Assembly: GCA_052387775.1 (NCBI GenBank)
Contig: JBQTIV010000071.1
Span: forward strand, 1 to 53,734
Length of the DNA: 53,734 bases
DNA from: Betaproteobacteria bacterium
GTDB taxonomy: Bacteria; Pseudomonadota; Gammaproteobacteria; Burkholderiales; JACQAP01
Direction: 5' to 3'
A model generated the notes under the pieces. It ran no database searches. It saw nothing but the letters and a program-made list of their open reading frames with translations, and was not told where the DNA came from. Position numbers and translations under genes: made by a program. Positions 26,257 through 37,253 of the stretch are shown here, one piece after another; position 1 is the stretch's first letter, and every line of letters begins with the position of its first letter.

Positions 26257-27003
26257 TCAGCCGAGGTATGGGAAGCGCGCCGGGGATCCCGCGCGCCCGT
26301 GGATTGCCCCCGGCGCTGGGTACTTCGGTTCCTTCGGGTAAACGATGTCGCTGCGGCGGTTCTTCGCCCAACTTTCCTCGTCCTGACCGAAGGCGACCGG
26401 CTTCTCCGCGCCGAAACTCACGGTTTCGATCTGCTTCTCCCTGACGCCGAGAAGCACCATAGCCCGCTTGACGCTGTCGGCGCGACGCTGGCCGAGCGCG
26501 AGGTTGTACTCGCGGCTGCCGCGATCGTCGCAGTTGCCCTGCACGGCGATCTTCATGTCGGCATTCGACTTGATCAACTTGGCGTGCGCCTCGATAACCG
26601 GCACATATTCATCCTGGATGTCGTAGCGGTCATAGTCGTAGTAAATGCTGCGCTTCAAAAGCAGGCTGCCGGGTTCCTTGAGCTGTGCCCACGGATCGGC
26701 CTTGAGCTGGGATTCACCTACCGTGCCCTCGGAGAGCGGCCGTACGACCGGCGACTCCTGCTGCTGCGCCTGGGCTTGCTGGCGACGTTGCTGATCCTCG
26801 AGCTGGCGCTTGAGCTCTTCCTGCTCCCGCATGACCTGCGCCTGCTTTGCGGCCTCCTGCTGGCGTGCGGCCTCCTGCTGGCGTGCGGCCTCCTGCTGCT
26901 GATCGAACAGGTCGCGCTGTTCGATATCGGCGCTTTTACCGCCCTGGCTCGCGCAGCCGGCGACGAAGAAAACCAGGAACGCGACAAACAGAACATTTCT
27001 CAT
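26257..27003 (-). CDS. pal: Peptidoglycan-associated lipoprotein Pal with a Gln-rich insertion
   Basis: Lipobox VAGC; GNCDDRGSREYNLALGQRRA; KNRR. Confidence 0.93.
   Translation of the reverse strand: MRNVLFVAFLVFFVAGCASQGGKSADIEQRDLFDQQQEAARQQEAARQQEAAKQAQVMREQEELKRQLEDQQRRQQAQAQQQESPVVRPLSEGTVGESQLKADPWAQLKEPGSLLLKRSIYYDYDRYDIQDEYVPVIEAHAKLIKSNADMKIAVQGNCDDRGSREYNLALGQRRADSVKRAMVLLGVREKQIETVSFGAEKPVAFGQDEESWAKNRRSDIVYPKEPKYPAPGAIHGRAGSPARFPYLG
26848..26898. repeat. In-frame 18-bp tandem repeat (~2.8 copies) in pal
   Basis: TGCGGCCTCCTGCTGGCG units encoding (R/Q)QQEAA. Confidence 0.9.
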
Positions 27004-27010
27004 ATCCAAC

Positions 27011-28339
27011 TCACTCCTTTCGGCGAATGTTCAGAAGCGGTCCCCACGCAGGCTCGCGGATGTCGCCAGTCTGCGCGGTAAATCTCTGCTTGATCCGCCC
27101 ATCGCTCGACACGGCGGCTAATATACCACGCCCCTTCACCACTGACGCGTAGAGGATCATCTTGCCGTTCGGTGCGAATGTGGGCGATTGATCGAGGCCT
27201 CCGGCCGTCAGGATCTGCATCTGGCGCGTAGCAATATCCACGCTCGCGACGTTGTAGCGGCCCTCGTTGCGATGGATGAAGATGAACGACTTGCCATCCG
27301 GACTGTGGCGCGGCGTAACGTTGTAACCTCCTTCGAAAGTCAGGCGCTCGGCCTCGCCCTCGCCGTCGGCACGCATGCGGTAGATCTGCGGACTTCCGGA
27401 GCGGTCGGAGGTGAACAGGATGTGCCTGCCGTCGCGCGAGAAATTCGGCTCGGGATCGATGGACTGCGTGTTGGTAAGCCGCTCGAGACCCGAACCGTCG
27501 GCCTTGATCGAGTAGATATTCGAGCTGCCGTCCTTGGTCAGCACCAGCGCCAGCTTGCTGCCGTCGGGCGTCCATGCAGGGGCGGAGTTCGAGCCTTCGA
27601 AATTCGCCAGAACCATGCGCGTTCCGTCGAGCAGGTTGTGCACGAACACTATCGGCTTCTTGCGCTCGAAGGAAACGTAGGCTATGCGGGTGCCGTCGGT
27701 CGACCACTGCGGCGAGATGATCGGTTCCTTGTGCGCCAGTATGAATTCCGGGTTGTAGCCGTCGGCATCCGCCACCTGCAGTTCGAATCGATCTGCGTTC
27801 TTGGTCACGAAGCAGATCTTGGTAGCGAATACGCCGATGTCGCCGGTCAGCTTCTCGTAAATCAGGTCGGCGATCTTGTGGGCGGTGACACGCATCTGCG
27901 ACACCGTCACCATGTAGGAAAAACCGAGGATCTGCGACTGCTTGGCGACATCCATCATGCGAAATCGCACTTCCACGTGCCCGTCGGCTTTCTCGATGAC
28001 GCTGCCGATGACCAGCATTTCGGCGCCCTCGTTCTTCCAGTAGCGGTAGTTGATTTCGGAAGGTTCCGCCGGCAACGGCCGCACGCTGCCCGCCGAACCC
28101 AGTCTGAACATGCCGCTGCGGTGCAAATCGGCGGAGGCGATCTGGCTGATGCGCTGGGCGAAGCGCTCTTCCCCGGCAAAAGGCAGGATGGTGACAGGAA
28201 TCTGATTGGCGCCACCACCGATGATTTCGATGGTCAGTTGCGCGAAGGCCGCAGGCGCCAAGGCGAGACAGATCAGCAGACCCGTCAGAACGAGAAGACC
28301 ACGCAATCGTCTGTCCAGCCTAACGTTGGTCAGGTTCAT
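27011..28339 (-). CDS. tolB: TolB
   Basis: Signal peptide; PD40 repeats (SPQWSTDG, APAWTPDG, SPTFAPNG, EPAWGP). Confidence 0.95.
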   Translation of the reverse strand: MNLTNVRLDRRLRGLLVLTGLLICLALAPAAFAQLTIEIIGGGANQIPVTILPFAGEERFAQRISQIASADLHRSGMFRLGSAGSVRPLPAEPSEINYRYWKNEGAEMLVIGSVIEKADGHVEVRFRMMDVAKQSQILGFSYMVTVSQMRVTAHKIADLIYEKLTGDIGVFATKICFVTKNADRFELQVADADGYNPEFILAHKEPIISPQWSTDGTRIAYVSFERKKPIVFVHNLLDGTRMVLANFEGSNSAPAWTPDGSKLALVLTKDGSSNIYSIKADGSGLERLTNTQSIDPEPNFSRDGRHILFTSDRSGSPQIYRMRADGEGEAERLTFEGGYNVTPRHSPDGKSFIFIHRNEGRYNVASVDIATRQMQILTAGGLDQSPTFAPNGKMILYASVVKGRGILAAVSSDGRIKQRFTAQTGDIREPAWGPLLNIRRKE

Positions 28340-28367
28340 GGATGAAAAGTAAATCAAGGCACATTGA

Positions 28368-29264
28368 TCAATCCTTCGGTCGGAACTTCAGGAGCAACTC
28401 GCGAAAGTTCTCCTGAAATAGGTCAGGCTCGGGGGGCACCGGCAAAGGCTGCGCCGCCAGGATGGCACGCTCCACCGCGGCGTCGTAAGCCGGGACGCCG
28501 CTGGATTTTCTGAGCGTTGCACTTAGCACTTCGCCTCCCGGCAACAAAACCACTTCGAATCGCGCTTCCGGGTTGCCCTGCATATTGGTAGGCACCACCA
28601 CCCTGCCCCTGATCGCCGCCTGAATTTTTGCGGTCCAGTCATCGATCAGCTTCTGCTGCGCGGCGCGCACGGCGGCCTCGGCGCGGCGTTTGGCCTCATC
28701 GGCTTCCCGCTGCTTGCGCTGCGCTTCCTGTTGCTGGCGCTCCTCCTCGCGGCGCAGATCCTCCGCGCGGCGCTGCTCTTCCAGCTTTTTCTTCTCCTCC
28801 AGCTGGCGCGCTTCTTCCTCGCGCTTGAGTTTCTCCTGCTCCAGGCGTTTGGTTTCTTCCTCGGCCCGGCGCTCTTCTTCCAGGCGGCGCTTCTCCGCCT
28901 CGAGCGCTTTTTTCTCCTCCAGGAGTTTGGCTTCCTCCTCTTCCTTCTGTTTGCGCAGCTTTTCCCGCAGCTCGATCTCGGCGGGTGTGGGCTTGGGCGG
29001 CGCCTCCACTTTCGGCGGCGGAGGCGGCGGAGGTTCTTTCTTGACCTCGGGAGCCGGCCTGGGCGGGGGCTCCACGATCTTCGGCGGCGGCGGGCTCACT
29101 TTTGCCACCGGTTCAGGCAACTCTTCCCACAGGTCCACCATCACCGGTCCGACGATTTTTTTCTGCCAACTGATGCCGAACATCAGCATGCCGAAGAACA
29201 GCAGATGCACCAGCAGCGCGAAGATGCCGGAGGCGACGCGGCCAGGTTCGTCAACCGTGTGCAT
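28368..29264 (-). CDS. tolA: TolA
   Basis: N-terminal TM with His, Pro-rich and E/K/R helical linker, C-terminal SSG..YD.AVERAI. Confidence 0.92.
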   Translation of the reverse strand: MHTVDEPGRVASGIFALLVHLLFFGMLMFGISWQKKIVGPVMVDLWEELPEPVAKVSPPPPKIVEPPPRPAPEVKKEPPPPPPPKVEAPPKPTPAEIELREKLRKQKEEEEAKLLEEKKALEAEKRRLEEERRAEEETKRLEQEKLKREEEARQLEEKKKLEEQRRAEDLRREEERQQQEAQRKQREADEAKRRAEAAVRAAQQKLIDDWTAKIQAAIRGRVVVPTNMQGNPEARFEVVLLPGGEVLSATLRKSSGVPAYDAAVERAILAAQPLPVPPEPDLFQENFRELLLKFRPKD

Positions 29265-29266
29265 TG

Positions 29267-29683
29267 TCAGCCCGACCGGGGCTTGGCCAGAAGTCCGAGC
29301 CTCTTGACCCGGTTCTGCTGCAGCAGGTCCATCACCTCGATCACTGCCTCGTACTTGACGTCTTTGTCTGCAGAAATGACGACCGGCTGGTTAGGCTTCT
29401 TGGCCTGCTTGCTCTTGATCACTTTCACCAGCTCGTCGCGGTCCCGCAACGGCCTTTCGGCGTTGGACTGGTCACGGTCGATATAGGACAGCGCCCCGCC
29501 GGCACGGATCGAGATTTCTATCGGCTGCGCCGGCGGCGCCGAAGCCTTGCCGATGGTCGGCAGATTGATGACGCCTGGATTCATCAACGGCGCGGTGACC
29601 ATGAAGATCACCAGCAGCACCAGCATCACGTCGATATAGGGCACGACGTTGATCTGGTTCATCAGGCGCGGGTGGCGGCGCAT
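29267..29683 (-). CDS. tolR: TolR
   Basis: INVVPYIDVMLVLLVIFMVTAP. Confidence 0.95.
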   Translation of the reverse strand: MRRHPRLMNQINVVPYIDVMLVLLVIFMVTAPLMNPGVINLPTIGKASAPPAQPIEISIRAGGALSYIDRDQSNAERPLRDRDELVKVIKSKQAKKPNQPVVISADKDVKYEAVIEVMDLLQQNRVKRLGLLAKPRSG

Positions 29684-29689
29684 GCGCGG

Positions 29690-30418
29690 TCAGGTTCCGG
29701 TCGCCGCAACCGGCGCCTGCGCCACCGGAGGCTGCACCAAGGCGTTGGATTGCCGCTGCAGGATGTTGGAGAACTCTTCCATGAAACTCTCGAAGCGGGT
29801 CGAGAGCCGCTCGATGTGGCGTACGAAGTGGTTGAAGGCGATGACCGCCGGAATCGCGGCAAACAGACCCATCGCGGTTGCCACCAGCGCTTCGGCGATA
29901 CCCGGCGCCACGTGCGCCAGCGTCGCCTGGCCGACGTTGGCCAGTCCGCGGAACGCGTTCATGATCCCCCACACCGTGCCGAACAGGCCGACATAGGGGC
30001 TGACCGATCCCACCGTCGCGAGAAAGGACAGGTGCGCCTCGAGATGGTCCATTTCGCGCTGGTAGGTGGCGCGCATGGCGCGGCGGGTGCCGTCCATGAG
30101 CACCGCCAGGTTGGTCCCGGTCTGCTTGCGCAGTTTCACGAATTCGCGGAATCCGGCCTCGAAAATTCGCTCCATGCTGCCGGCGTTCTGGCGGGTGCCC
30201 GCGGCCTGCTGGTACAGCGCGCCCAGATCGGCGCCGCTCCAGAAGTTGCGCTCAAACACGTCGGTGCGGCGAACGGCGTCGTGAACCACGTACATCTTGC
30301 GGAAGATGAACCACCAGGAAATCAGCGACACCAGCAGCAACAGCGCCATCACCAGTTGCACCAGCACGCTGGCATTGGTGAGCAGGCTCATCAGGGATAG
30401 ATCTTGGGTAACGTTCAT
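29690..30418 (-). CDS. tolQ: TolQ
   Basis: SPYVGLFGTVWGIM, PGIAEALVATAMGLFAAIPA. Confidence 0.96.
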   Translation of the reverse strand: MNVTQDLSLMSLLTNASVLVQLVMALLLLVSLISWWFIFRKMYVVHDAVRRTDVFERNFWSGADLGALYQQAAGTRQNAGSMERIFEAGFREFVKLRKQTGTNLAVLMDGTRRAMRATYQREMDHLEAHLSFLATVGSVSPYVGLFGTVWGIMNAFRGLANVGQATLAHVAPGIAEALVATAMGLFAAIPAVIAFNHFVRHIERLSTRFESFMEEFSNILQRQSNALVQPPVAQAPVAATGT

Positions 30419-30472
30419 GTCTGTTTGTCTAGCGAGTTAAACGCGACTGCGGCGCCCGCGGGGTTGCCGGCG

Positions 30473-30898
30473 TCAAGCGGTCGCCTCCACCGGTAGCAGC
30501 ACCTCATCAGCAAACGATTCCCGCACTTCGTCCGGGAACGGCATCGGCTTCAGGTTCCCGGTCGCCACACAGGCCAGGTTCACGCAGGCGCGCACCAATG
30601 CTTCCTTGCCACGCAAAATTTCCTGCACCAGGGTCACCTGCGCGCGACCCATCCTTTGCACTGCCGCTGTCACGGTCAGCGAGTCGTCCAGAACTGCCGG
30701 CTTCATATAGGCGATTTCGAGCTGCCGGACGATGAATACGAGCCCGAAGCGGCGCGCAAGTTCCCGCGGCTCGAATCCCTGGTCGCGCAGCCACTCGACC
30801 CGCGCGCGCTCCATGAAATCCAGATACGTGGCGTGGAACACCACGCCGGCCGCATCGGTGTCCTGGTAGTAAACCCGCACCGGAATGGCAAAGGCCAA
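30473..30898 (-). CDS. ybgC: Tol-Pal-associated acyl-CoA thioesterase YbgC
   Basis: RVYYQDTDAAGVVFHATYL..ERARVEWL. Confidence 0.92.
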   Translation of the reverse strand: MAFAIPVRVYYQDTDAAGVVFHATYLDFMERARVEWLRDQGFEPRELARRFGLVFIVRQLEIAYMKPAVLDDSLTVTAAVQRMGRAQVTLVQEILRGKEALVRACVNLACVATGNLKPMPFPDEVRESFADEVLLPVEATA

Positions 30899-31939
30899 TC
30901 AGCCCTCCTGCCACAAATCGCCGCTTGCCCTGCCGGCAGGCGGTGCAGCACCGAAATGCCGATAGGTCAGCACGGTGGCCATGCGCCCGCGCGGCGTACG
31001 CTGCAGATAGCCCTGCTGGATGAGGAACGGCTCCAGCACATCCTCGATGGTGTCGCGTTCCTCGCCGATCGCCGCCGCCAGGTTTTCTATGCCGACCGGT
31101 CCGCCGCCGAACTTTTCCAGCACCGCGAGCAGCAGCTTTCGGTCCATCACATCCAGACCGATCTGGTCGACATCGAGCATCTTGAGCGCGGCGTCGGCCA
31201 CCTCCTTGGTCACGCTGCCCTGCGCCTTCACTTCCGCGAAGTCGCGCACCCGGCGCAGCAACCGGTTGGCAATGCGAGGCGTGCCGCGCGAGCGGGAAGC
31301 GATCTCCGTTGCCCCGCCGGCCGCGATGTCCACGTTGAGCAGGCGCGCCGAACGCTCGACGATCTGCGTCAACTCCGCGATTGAGTAAAACTCCAGCCGC
31401 GAGACAATGCCGAAGCGGTCGCGCAGCGGATTGGTGAGCATGCCGGCGCGGGTGGTGGCGCCGATCAGCGTGAACGGCGGCAACTCGAGCTTTACCGAGC
31501 GCGCCGCCGGCCCCTCGCCGATCATGATGTCGAGCTGAAAGTCCTCGAGCGCAGGGTAGAGGATTTCCTCGACCACCGCAGAGAGGCGGTGAATCTCGTC
31601 GATGAACAGGACGTCGTTGGGCTCCAGGTTGGTGAGCAGCGCCGCCAGATCGCCGGGTCGTTCCAGCACCGGGCCGGAAGTGTGGCGCAGGTTCACGCCC
31701 ATTTCCCTGGCAATGATGTGCGCCAACGTGGTCTTGCCGAGCCCCGGCGGACCAAACAGCAACACGTGGTCCAGTGCTTCGGTTCGATTCCTCGCGGCCT
31801 GGATGAAAATCTGCAACTGGCCGCGGATCTTCTCCTGGCCAATGTATTCGTCAAGCTGCTTCGGACGCAAGGCACGCTCGAGCGCTTCCTCCTGCGTCGA
31901 GATCGGGGCGGGCTGAGTCAGACGGTCGGTTTCGATCAT
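30899..31939 (-). CDS. ruvB: Holliday junction branch migration helicase RuvB
   Basis: [33 protein letters not shown]. Confidence 0.97.
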   Translation of the reverse strand: MIETDRLTQPAPISTQEEALERALRPKQLDEYIGQEKIRGQLQIFIQAARNRTEALDHVLLFGPPGLGKTTLAHIIAREMGVNLRHTSGPVLERPGDLAALLTNLEPNDVLFIDEIHRLSAVVEEILYPALEDFQLDIMIGEGPAARSVKLELPPFTLIGATTRAGMLTNPLRDRFGIVSRLEFYSIAELTQIVERSARLLNVDIAAGGATEIASRSRGTPRIANRLLRRVRDFAEVKAQGSVTKEVADAALKMLDVDQIGLDVMDRKLLLAVLEKFGGGPVGIENLAAAIGEERDTIEDVLEPFLIQQGYLQRTPRGRMATVLTYRHFGAAPPAGRASGDLWQEG

Positions 31940-31973
31940 CCGTTGGTGCCGCGGCACGGACGCTTTTTACGCA

Positions 31974-32756
31974 TCAGGCGCGTTCACTCATGAATTCTTC
32001 CAGCAACGGCTGGATCTCGCCGGCGCAGGCATCCACCTGTTCTGGCAGCGTGCCGGCCACTTCGTCGATACGCCGGTTGACGATGCCGGTCAGTTTCAGG
32101 ATGGCGGTCACGAAATACTTCTTGCCGAGCGGCGACAGGGCAAAGCGCTGGCCCTCGACGTTGGCGGCATCCTCGATGGAAAAACGCATCTCCGCATCTT
32201 CCGCGTTCCAGAGGTACTGCATTCGGCTGCGATCGGCCTCGGCGCCAGCGACGTCTTTCAGTTTGCCTGAAAACGACAGGGTCATCATCACGTGGGTCGA
32301 CACCGTATGATCCATGATCTTGACCTGCTTGCGGCCGACATCGGAGCGCAAGTGCGTCAGCAGCAAATCGAGCTCCTCCGAAGTAAACTCGCGATCGTCG
32401 AGGTCGTGCCACTGCGGCCACAACCAATCGAGGCTCGCGAACTCCTCGGTGATTCTCGCCGTCAATGGTCCGAGCAGTTGGGCCTCGGCACGCCGCCAGT
32501 GTGGATTGTCGGGCTTCCACTCCGGACCGAGGTTGCGTTCCCCGCCCAAACGGGCCAGCAGCGCGCGGATTGCCAGCAGGCTTTCCTGCTTGAGGTAGTA
32601 GTTGCCGATTGAAACCGAAGTGGAGAGATCGTGCAGATCGATGAGTTCAGCGATCCGGTCACTCTTGTCGCGCGCGCTTTCGGGATTCGCCGCAACGGGC
32701 AGCGCGATCGCCAGGGCCAGCAAAGCCGCAGCGATCTGTCGTATACCCACAATCAT
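31974..32756 (-). CDS. Exported hypothetical protein, weakly DUF2059-like
   Basis: Signal peptide (AAALLALAIALPVAA); EFTSEELDLLLTHLRSDVGRK and ALSPLGKK; TATAAT at 32815-32820. Confidence 0.7.
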   Translation of the reverse strand: MIVGIRQIAAALLALAIALPVAANPESARDKSDRIAELIDLHDLSTSVSIGNYYLKQESLLAIRALLARLGGERNLGPEWKPDNPHWRRAEAQLLGPLTARITEEFASLDWLWPQWHDLDDREFTSEELDLLLTHLRSDVGRKQVKIMDHTVSTHVMMTLSFSGKLKDVAGAEADRSRMQYLWNAEDAEMRFSIEDAANVEGQRFALSPLGKKYFVTAILKLTGIVNRRIDEVAGTLPEQVDACAGEIQPLLEEFMSERA

Positions 32757-32990
32757 GAACAACCTGCTCCTGGCCGAGTGCGGCGCTCCATGCCGGCGCC
32801 GCGAATTGAGCCGGATTATATCCCAGCGTCCCCGCAAGTCACCGCCCTGTTGTGCTGTCACATTGTCGTTGCAGGGCGACATTGCGGCGGTCGATCGCGT
32901 CGAGGTTTTCATTTGAGCCCGGTGCCCCCGCCGTCTTGCCCTCGACTCGAATCGCCTCCGTAGCGCGTGCGGGACTCATGCGGAGTTTGC

Positions 32991-33569
32991 CTAAGTTTTC
33001 GAGAGCAGCTTCAACGCCTGCCGGATCGCCTCCGGAACCGTGGCTTCAGGAGAGATCCTGGCGAGTGCCGCGTTGGCTTCCTTGTCGTTGTATCCAAGCG
33101 CACTCAGCGCGTTGAGCACGTCACCGCTAATCGACGCGGCACTGCCCGACGCCGACGGCGCGACGCCTGCAGCCAGCTTATCGCGAAGCTCGAGCAGTAA
33201 TCGCTCCGCGGTTTTTTTGCCGATGCCGGGGATCTTGGTCAGGCGCATACCATCCTGCGTGGACACGGCCCGATACAACTCCGAGACCGACAGGCCGGAC
33301 AGCACCGCCAGCGCCGTGCGTGCACCGACGCCGCTGATCTTGAGCAACTGCCGAAATACCCTGCGTTCCTCCTCAGTGTGGAATCCGAACAGCAGGTGCG
33401 CATCTTCCCGCACCACCAGGTGGGTGTGCAGCGTCACGGTGGAGCCGGTCGCCGGCAGGACAAAGAAGGTGCTCATCGGCACATCCACTTCGTAGGCCAC
33501 GCCGTGCACGTCGACCACCACCGTGGGCGGACGTTTTTCGATCAGCTGCCCGGTGATGCGGCCGATCAC
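32991..33569 (-). CDS. ruvA: RuvA
   Basis: [30 protein letters not shown]; GTGA overlap with ruvC. Confidence 0.96.
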   Translation of the reverse strand: MIGRITGQLIEKRPPTVVVDVHGVAYEVDVPMSTFFVLPATGSTVTLHTHLVVREDAHLLFGFHTEEERRVFRQLLKISGVGARTALAVLSGLSVSELYRAVSTQDGMRLTKIPGIGKKTAERLLLELRDKLAAGVAPSASGSAASISGDVLNALSALGYNDKEANAALARISPEATVPEAIRQALKLLSKT

Positions 33570-34087
33570 ACCAACCTCCCGCGTTTCATGCGGTAGCCGC
33601 GCGTCGCGAGTTGCCCCAGTCCCATGCCTCCATGGGCGTGGCAGATGGCACAGGCCAGCGCATCGGCAGCGTCGGCGCTGGGATCGCCCGGCAGCTTGAG
33701 CAGCCGGCGCACCATCTCCTGCACCTGTTCCTTGCGCGCATGGCCATTGCCGACCACGGCTTGCTTGACCTGCAACGCGGTGTACTCCGCTACCGGCAGG
33801 CTGCTGATGACCGCGGCGCAGATTGCGGCGCCGCGCGCCTGGCCGAGCAGCAGGGTGGATTGCGGATTCACGTTGACGAATACCTTTTCCACAGCAACCT
33901 GCTGCGGCTTGATCTCGCCGATCAACTGGCACAGCCCCTCGAGGATGGCCTTGATGCGCTCCGGCAGTTCGCCATCCTGCCGGGTGCGGATTCGGCCGCT
34001 GGTGACGTAAGTTATTTTCTGGCCAACTTTATCCAGAACTCCAAACCCGGTGACCCGCAATCCCGGATCGATTCCCAGGATTCTCAC
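33566..34087 (-). CDS. ruvC: RuvC
   Basis: [21 protein letters not shown]. Confidence 0.96.
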   Translation of the reverse strand: MRILGIDPGLRVTGFGVLDKVGQKITYVTSGRIRTRQDGELPERIKAILEGLCQLIGEIKPQQVAVEKVFVNVNPQSTLLLGQARGAAICAAVISSLPVAEYTALQVKQAVVGNGHARKEQVQEMVRRLLKLPGDPSADAADALACAICHAHGGMGLGQLATRGYRMKRGRLV

Positions 34088-34110
34088 GCCTCTCGCCTCA
34101 CGTATCACGC
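34082..34110. repeat. Short GTGAGGC-type heptamer array at the yebC-ruvC junction
   Basis: Minus strand GCGTGATACGTGAGGCGAGAGGCGTGAGA; includes the yebC stop and the ruvC GTG. Confidence 0.6.
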
Positions 34111-34830
34111 TTCCATCACCGCGGTCGTATGAATCTCCTGCAGATCGTCGATCGCCTCCAGGGCATCGAGGAGCCTGTGCATTTTCGCGGCGTCGTCTCC
34201 CACCAGCACATTCTCCACCGTCGGCTTCATGGTCACTTCCGCGACTTCCGCCTTGAGCCCGCGCTTGTCCAGCTGCTCCTTCACCGCCAGGAAATCATTG
34301 GGCGCGGTGATGACCTCGATGCTGCCGTCGTCGTTGGCAATCACGTCTTCAGCGCCGGCATCCAGCGCGGCATCCATGACTTTTTCTTCACTGGTGCCGG
34401 GAGGGAACAGCAACTGCCCGCAATGCTTGAACAGGAAGGCGACCGAACCTTCGCTGCCGAGATTGCCACCATGCTTGGCGAACGCATGGCGCACATCGGC
34501 GACCGTGCGGATGCGGTTATCGGTCATGCAGTCCACCATGACCGCGGCGCCGCCGATTCCGTAACCCTCGTAACGCACTTCCTCGTAACTCACGCCCTCG
34601 AGTGCGCCGCTGCCGCGCTTGATCGCGCGCTCCACGTTGTCTTTGGGCATGTTGTTAGCGTAGGCCTTGTCCATCGCCAGGCGCAGCCGCGGATTGGTGC
34701 CCGGGTCGGGGCCGCCCAGACGGGCGGCGACGGTAATTTCCTTGATAAGGCGGGTGAAAATCTTGCCGCGTTTGGCATCTGCCGCGGCCTTCTTGTGCTT
34801 GATGTTCGCCCACTTGCTGTGGCCTGACAT
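34105..34830 (-). CDS. yebC: YebC/PmpR family protein
   Basis: [31 protein letters not shown]. Confidence 0.95.
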   Translation of the reverse strand: MSGHSKWANIKHKKAAADAKRGKIFTRLIKEITVAARLGGPDPGTNPRLRLAMDKAYANNMPKDNVERAIKRGSGALEGVSYEEVRYEGYGIGGAAVMVDCMTDNRIRTVADVRHAFAKHGGNLGSEGSVAFLFKHCGQLLFPPGTSEEKVMDAALDAGAEDVIANDDGSIEVITAPNDFLAVKEQLDKRGLKAEVAEVTMKPTVENVLVGDDAAKMHRLLDALEAIDDLQEIHTTAVMEA

Positions 34831-35076
34831 GACTACCTCTGCGAAGACGCTGCACTGACGCCGAATGCGAACCGCTGCATCAACCCGATGAGGCACCGTA
34901 TACGGCTGATATAATAAAAATCTTATCACACCACTCATTTATCTCCGGTCGCCGAAAAACGCTTGCGATAACCTCTGCCGATCGCCAAATCTTTGCACGA
35001 GATTCCACTTCTGGCCGGATTTGCCAACCGCCATGAACTGATCACCGACGGCAGCTGGCGCTAATCGCGGCCGCCG

Positions 35077-35988
35077 ATGCCACAAGACCACGGCCGGCCT
35101 TCTGTCGCCGGCACGATTTGCATCCTGCTTGCGGCGATAGCCTTCTCCGCGAAAGCGGTCATCGTCAAGCTCGCTTACGCCTTTGCAGTCGATGCCGCCA
35201 CGCTGCTGGCGCTGCGCATGCTCTTCTCGGCGCCTTTCTTCGTGCTCATGGCGCTGTGGTCGGGCCGCGGCGCGGCCGCGGAGTCGCTGACCCGCAAGGA
35301 TTGGCTTGCAGTCGCACTGCTCGGATTCATCGGTTACTACCTCGCCAGCTATCTCGATTTCCTCGGGCTGCAGTACATTACCGCCGGCCTCGAGCGGCTG
35401 ATCCTGTTCCTCTATCCGACGATAGTGGTGCTGCTGTCAGCGTGGTTGCTGAAGAAGCCCATTCGCCGCCACCACTTTGCCGCACTGGCGCTGTCCTATG
35501 GCGGTATCGCACTGGTGTTCACAGAAAACCTGCAATTTGGCGCTCACTCTATCGAAATCGCGCTCGGCGGTGCGCTGGTGTTTGCCAGCGGCGTGGTGTA
35601 CTCGTTCTACTTGATTGGCGCGGGGGAAGTGATCGGCAAACTCGGCGCCGCGCGCTTCACCTCCTACGCGATGCTGGTGGCCTGCGCGGTGGCCATGCTG
35701 CAATTCCTCGCCGCCCACGACCTCACCAAGCTGGCGCTGCCGCGCCAGGTCTACTGGCTGGCGCTGTTGATGGCGGTCGTCTCCACCGTGATTCCGGCGT
35801 GGCTGATGTCGGAGGGCATCCGCCGCACCGGCGCCAGCCATGCGGCCATGGTCGGCTCGATCGGGCCGGTGGCCACGATCTTCCTCGGTTACCGGGTGCT
35901 CAATGAGCCGATCAGCGCGATCCAACTGATCGGCGCGGCACTCGTGCTGGCCGGGGTGATGCTCGTAAGCGTAAGGAGAATTCCCTAG
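35077..35988 (+). CDS. EamA/DMT family transporter
   Basis: About ten TMs in a two-repeat arrangement; [10 protein letters not shown]. Confidence 0.9.
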   Translation: MPQDHGRPSVAGTICILLAAIAFSAKAVIVKLAYAFAVDAATLLALRMLFSAPFFVLMALWSGRGAAAESLTRKDWLAVALLGFIGYYLASYLDFLGLQYITAGLERLILFLYPTIVVLLSAWLLKKPIRRHHFAALALSYGGIALVFTENLQFGAHSIEIALGGALVFASGVVYSFYLIGAGEVIGKLGAARFTSYAMLVACAVAMLQFLAAHDLTKLALPRQVYWLALLMAVVSTVIPAWLMSEGIRRTGASHAAMVGSIGPVATIFLGYRVLNEPISAIQLIGAALVLAGVMLVSVRRIP

Positions 35989-37079
35989 ACGTTGAAGCGG
36001 TAGTGCATGACGTCGCCGTCCTTGACGACGTACTCCTTTCCCTCCAGGCGCATCTTTCCGGCCTCCTTGGCGCCTTGTTCGCCCTTGCAGGCGACGTAGT
36101 CGGCGAAGGCGATGACCTCCGCGCGGATGAAGCCTTTCTCGAAGTCGGTGTGAATCACTCCGGCAGCCTGCGGCGCAGTATCGCCTTTGTGGATGGTCCA
36201 TGCCCGCACTTCTTTTTCCCCGGCAGTGAAGAAAGTCTGCAGTCCCAGCAGGTCATAGCCGGCGCGGATCAAGCGGTTCAATCCCGGCTCCTTCAAACCC
36301 ATGTCGGCGAGGAACACCTGCTTGTCTTCGTCGGACAGATCCGCGATTTCGGCTTCCATGCGTGCACAGAACGCCACCACCGGCGCGCCTTCCCTGGCAG
36401 CGCTCTGCTTGACCAGTTGCAGCATCGCGTTGTCGTCACCGAAACCGTGCTCCGCGACGTTGGCGGCATACAGCACGGGCTTGGCGGTAATGAGACAGAG
36501 CGGCTTTATGTTCGCCAATTCCTCTTTCGAAAGATCGAGCGCGCGCACCGGTCTGGCCTGGTTCAGTTGCGCTTGCGCCTTCTCCAGCACGGCAACCAGC
36601 AGCTTCGCCAATTTGTCGCCGGACTGCGCCGGCTTGCGATAACGGGCGAGCGCCTTGTCCACCGTGGCCAGATCCGCGAGCGCCAGTTCGGTCTGGATGG
36701 TTTCGATGTCGGAAAGCGGATCAATCTTTCCGCTGACGTGCACTACGTTGTCATCCGTGAAGCAGCGCACCACATGCACCACCGCATCGGTTTCACGGAT
36801 GTTGGCGAGAAACTGGTTGCCCAGACCTTCACCCTTGGAGGCGCCCGCCACCAGGCCGGCGATGTCCACGAACTCCACAATCGCAGGAACCACTTTCTGC
36901 GGCCTGGCGATGGCGGCGAGCTGCGCCAGCCGGGGATCCGGTACCTCGACGATGCCGACGTTCGGCTCGATGGTGCAGAACGGGTAGTTCTCCGCCGCGA
37001 TCCCCGCCTTGGTGAGCGCGTTGAACAGCGTGGACTTGCCGACGTTAGGCAGTCCGACGATTCCGCATTTCAATGACAT
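35985..37079 (-). CDS. ychF: Redox-regulated ATPase YchF
   Basis: [37 protein letters not shown]. Confidence 0.97.
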   Translation of the reverse strand: MSLKCGIVGLPNVGKSTLFNALTKAGIAAENYPFCTIEPNVGIVEVPDPRLAQLAAIARPQKVVPAIVEFVDIAGLVAGASKGEGLGNQFLANIRETDAVVHVVRCFTDDNVVHVSGKIDPLSDIETIQTELALADLATVDKALARYRKPAQSGDKLAKLLVAVLEKAQAQLNQARPVRALDLSKEELANIKPLCLITAKPVLYAANVAEHGFGDDNAMLQLVKQSAAREGAPVVAFCARMEAEIADLSDEDKQVFLADMGLKEPGLNRLIRAGYDLLGLQTFFTAGEKEVRAWTIHKGDTAPQAAGVIHTDFEKGFIRAEVIAFADYVACKGEQGAKEAGKMRLEGKEYVVKDGDVMHYRFNV

Positions 37080-37084
37080 GGCAA

Positions 37085-37253
37085 TGGGTGAGGGGTGAGG
37101 GGTGAGGGCTGAGGCGAGAGGGCAAGAATCGGAGATTAAGTGATTCAGTGATTGGGTGATTGAAACCAGTCACTCGATCGCTTAATCACTCAATCACTCA
37201 ATCACTTAATCACTTAATCACTCATTCACTCATTCACCCCTCACGCCCCTCGC
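37085..37253. repeat. Nested inverted arrays: outer GGTGAGG/CCTCAC heptamers, inner GTGATTRA/TYAATCAC octamers
   Basis: Fills the whole pth-ychF intergenic region. Confidence 0.88.

Noticed and set aside
28600-29100. Low-complexity repeats in tolA
   Set aside because: Normal Pro-rich and E/K/R helical TolA linker.
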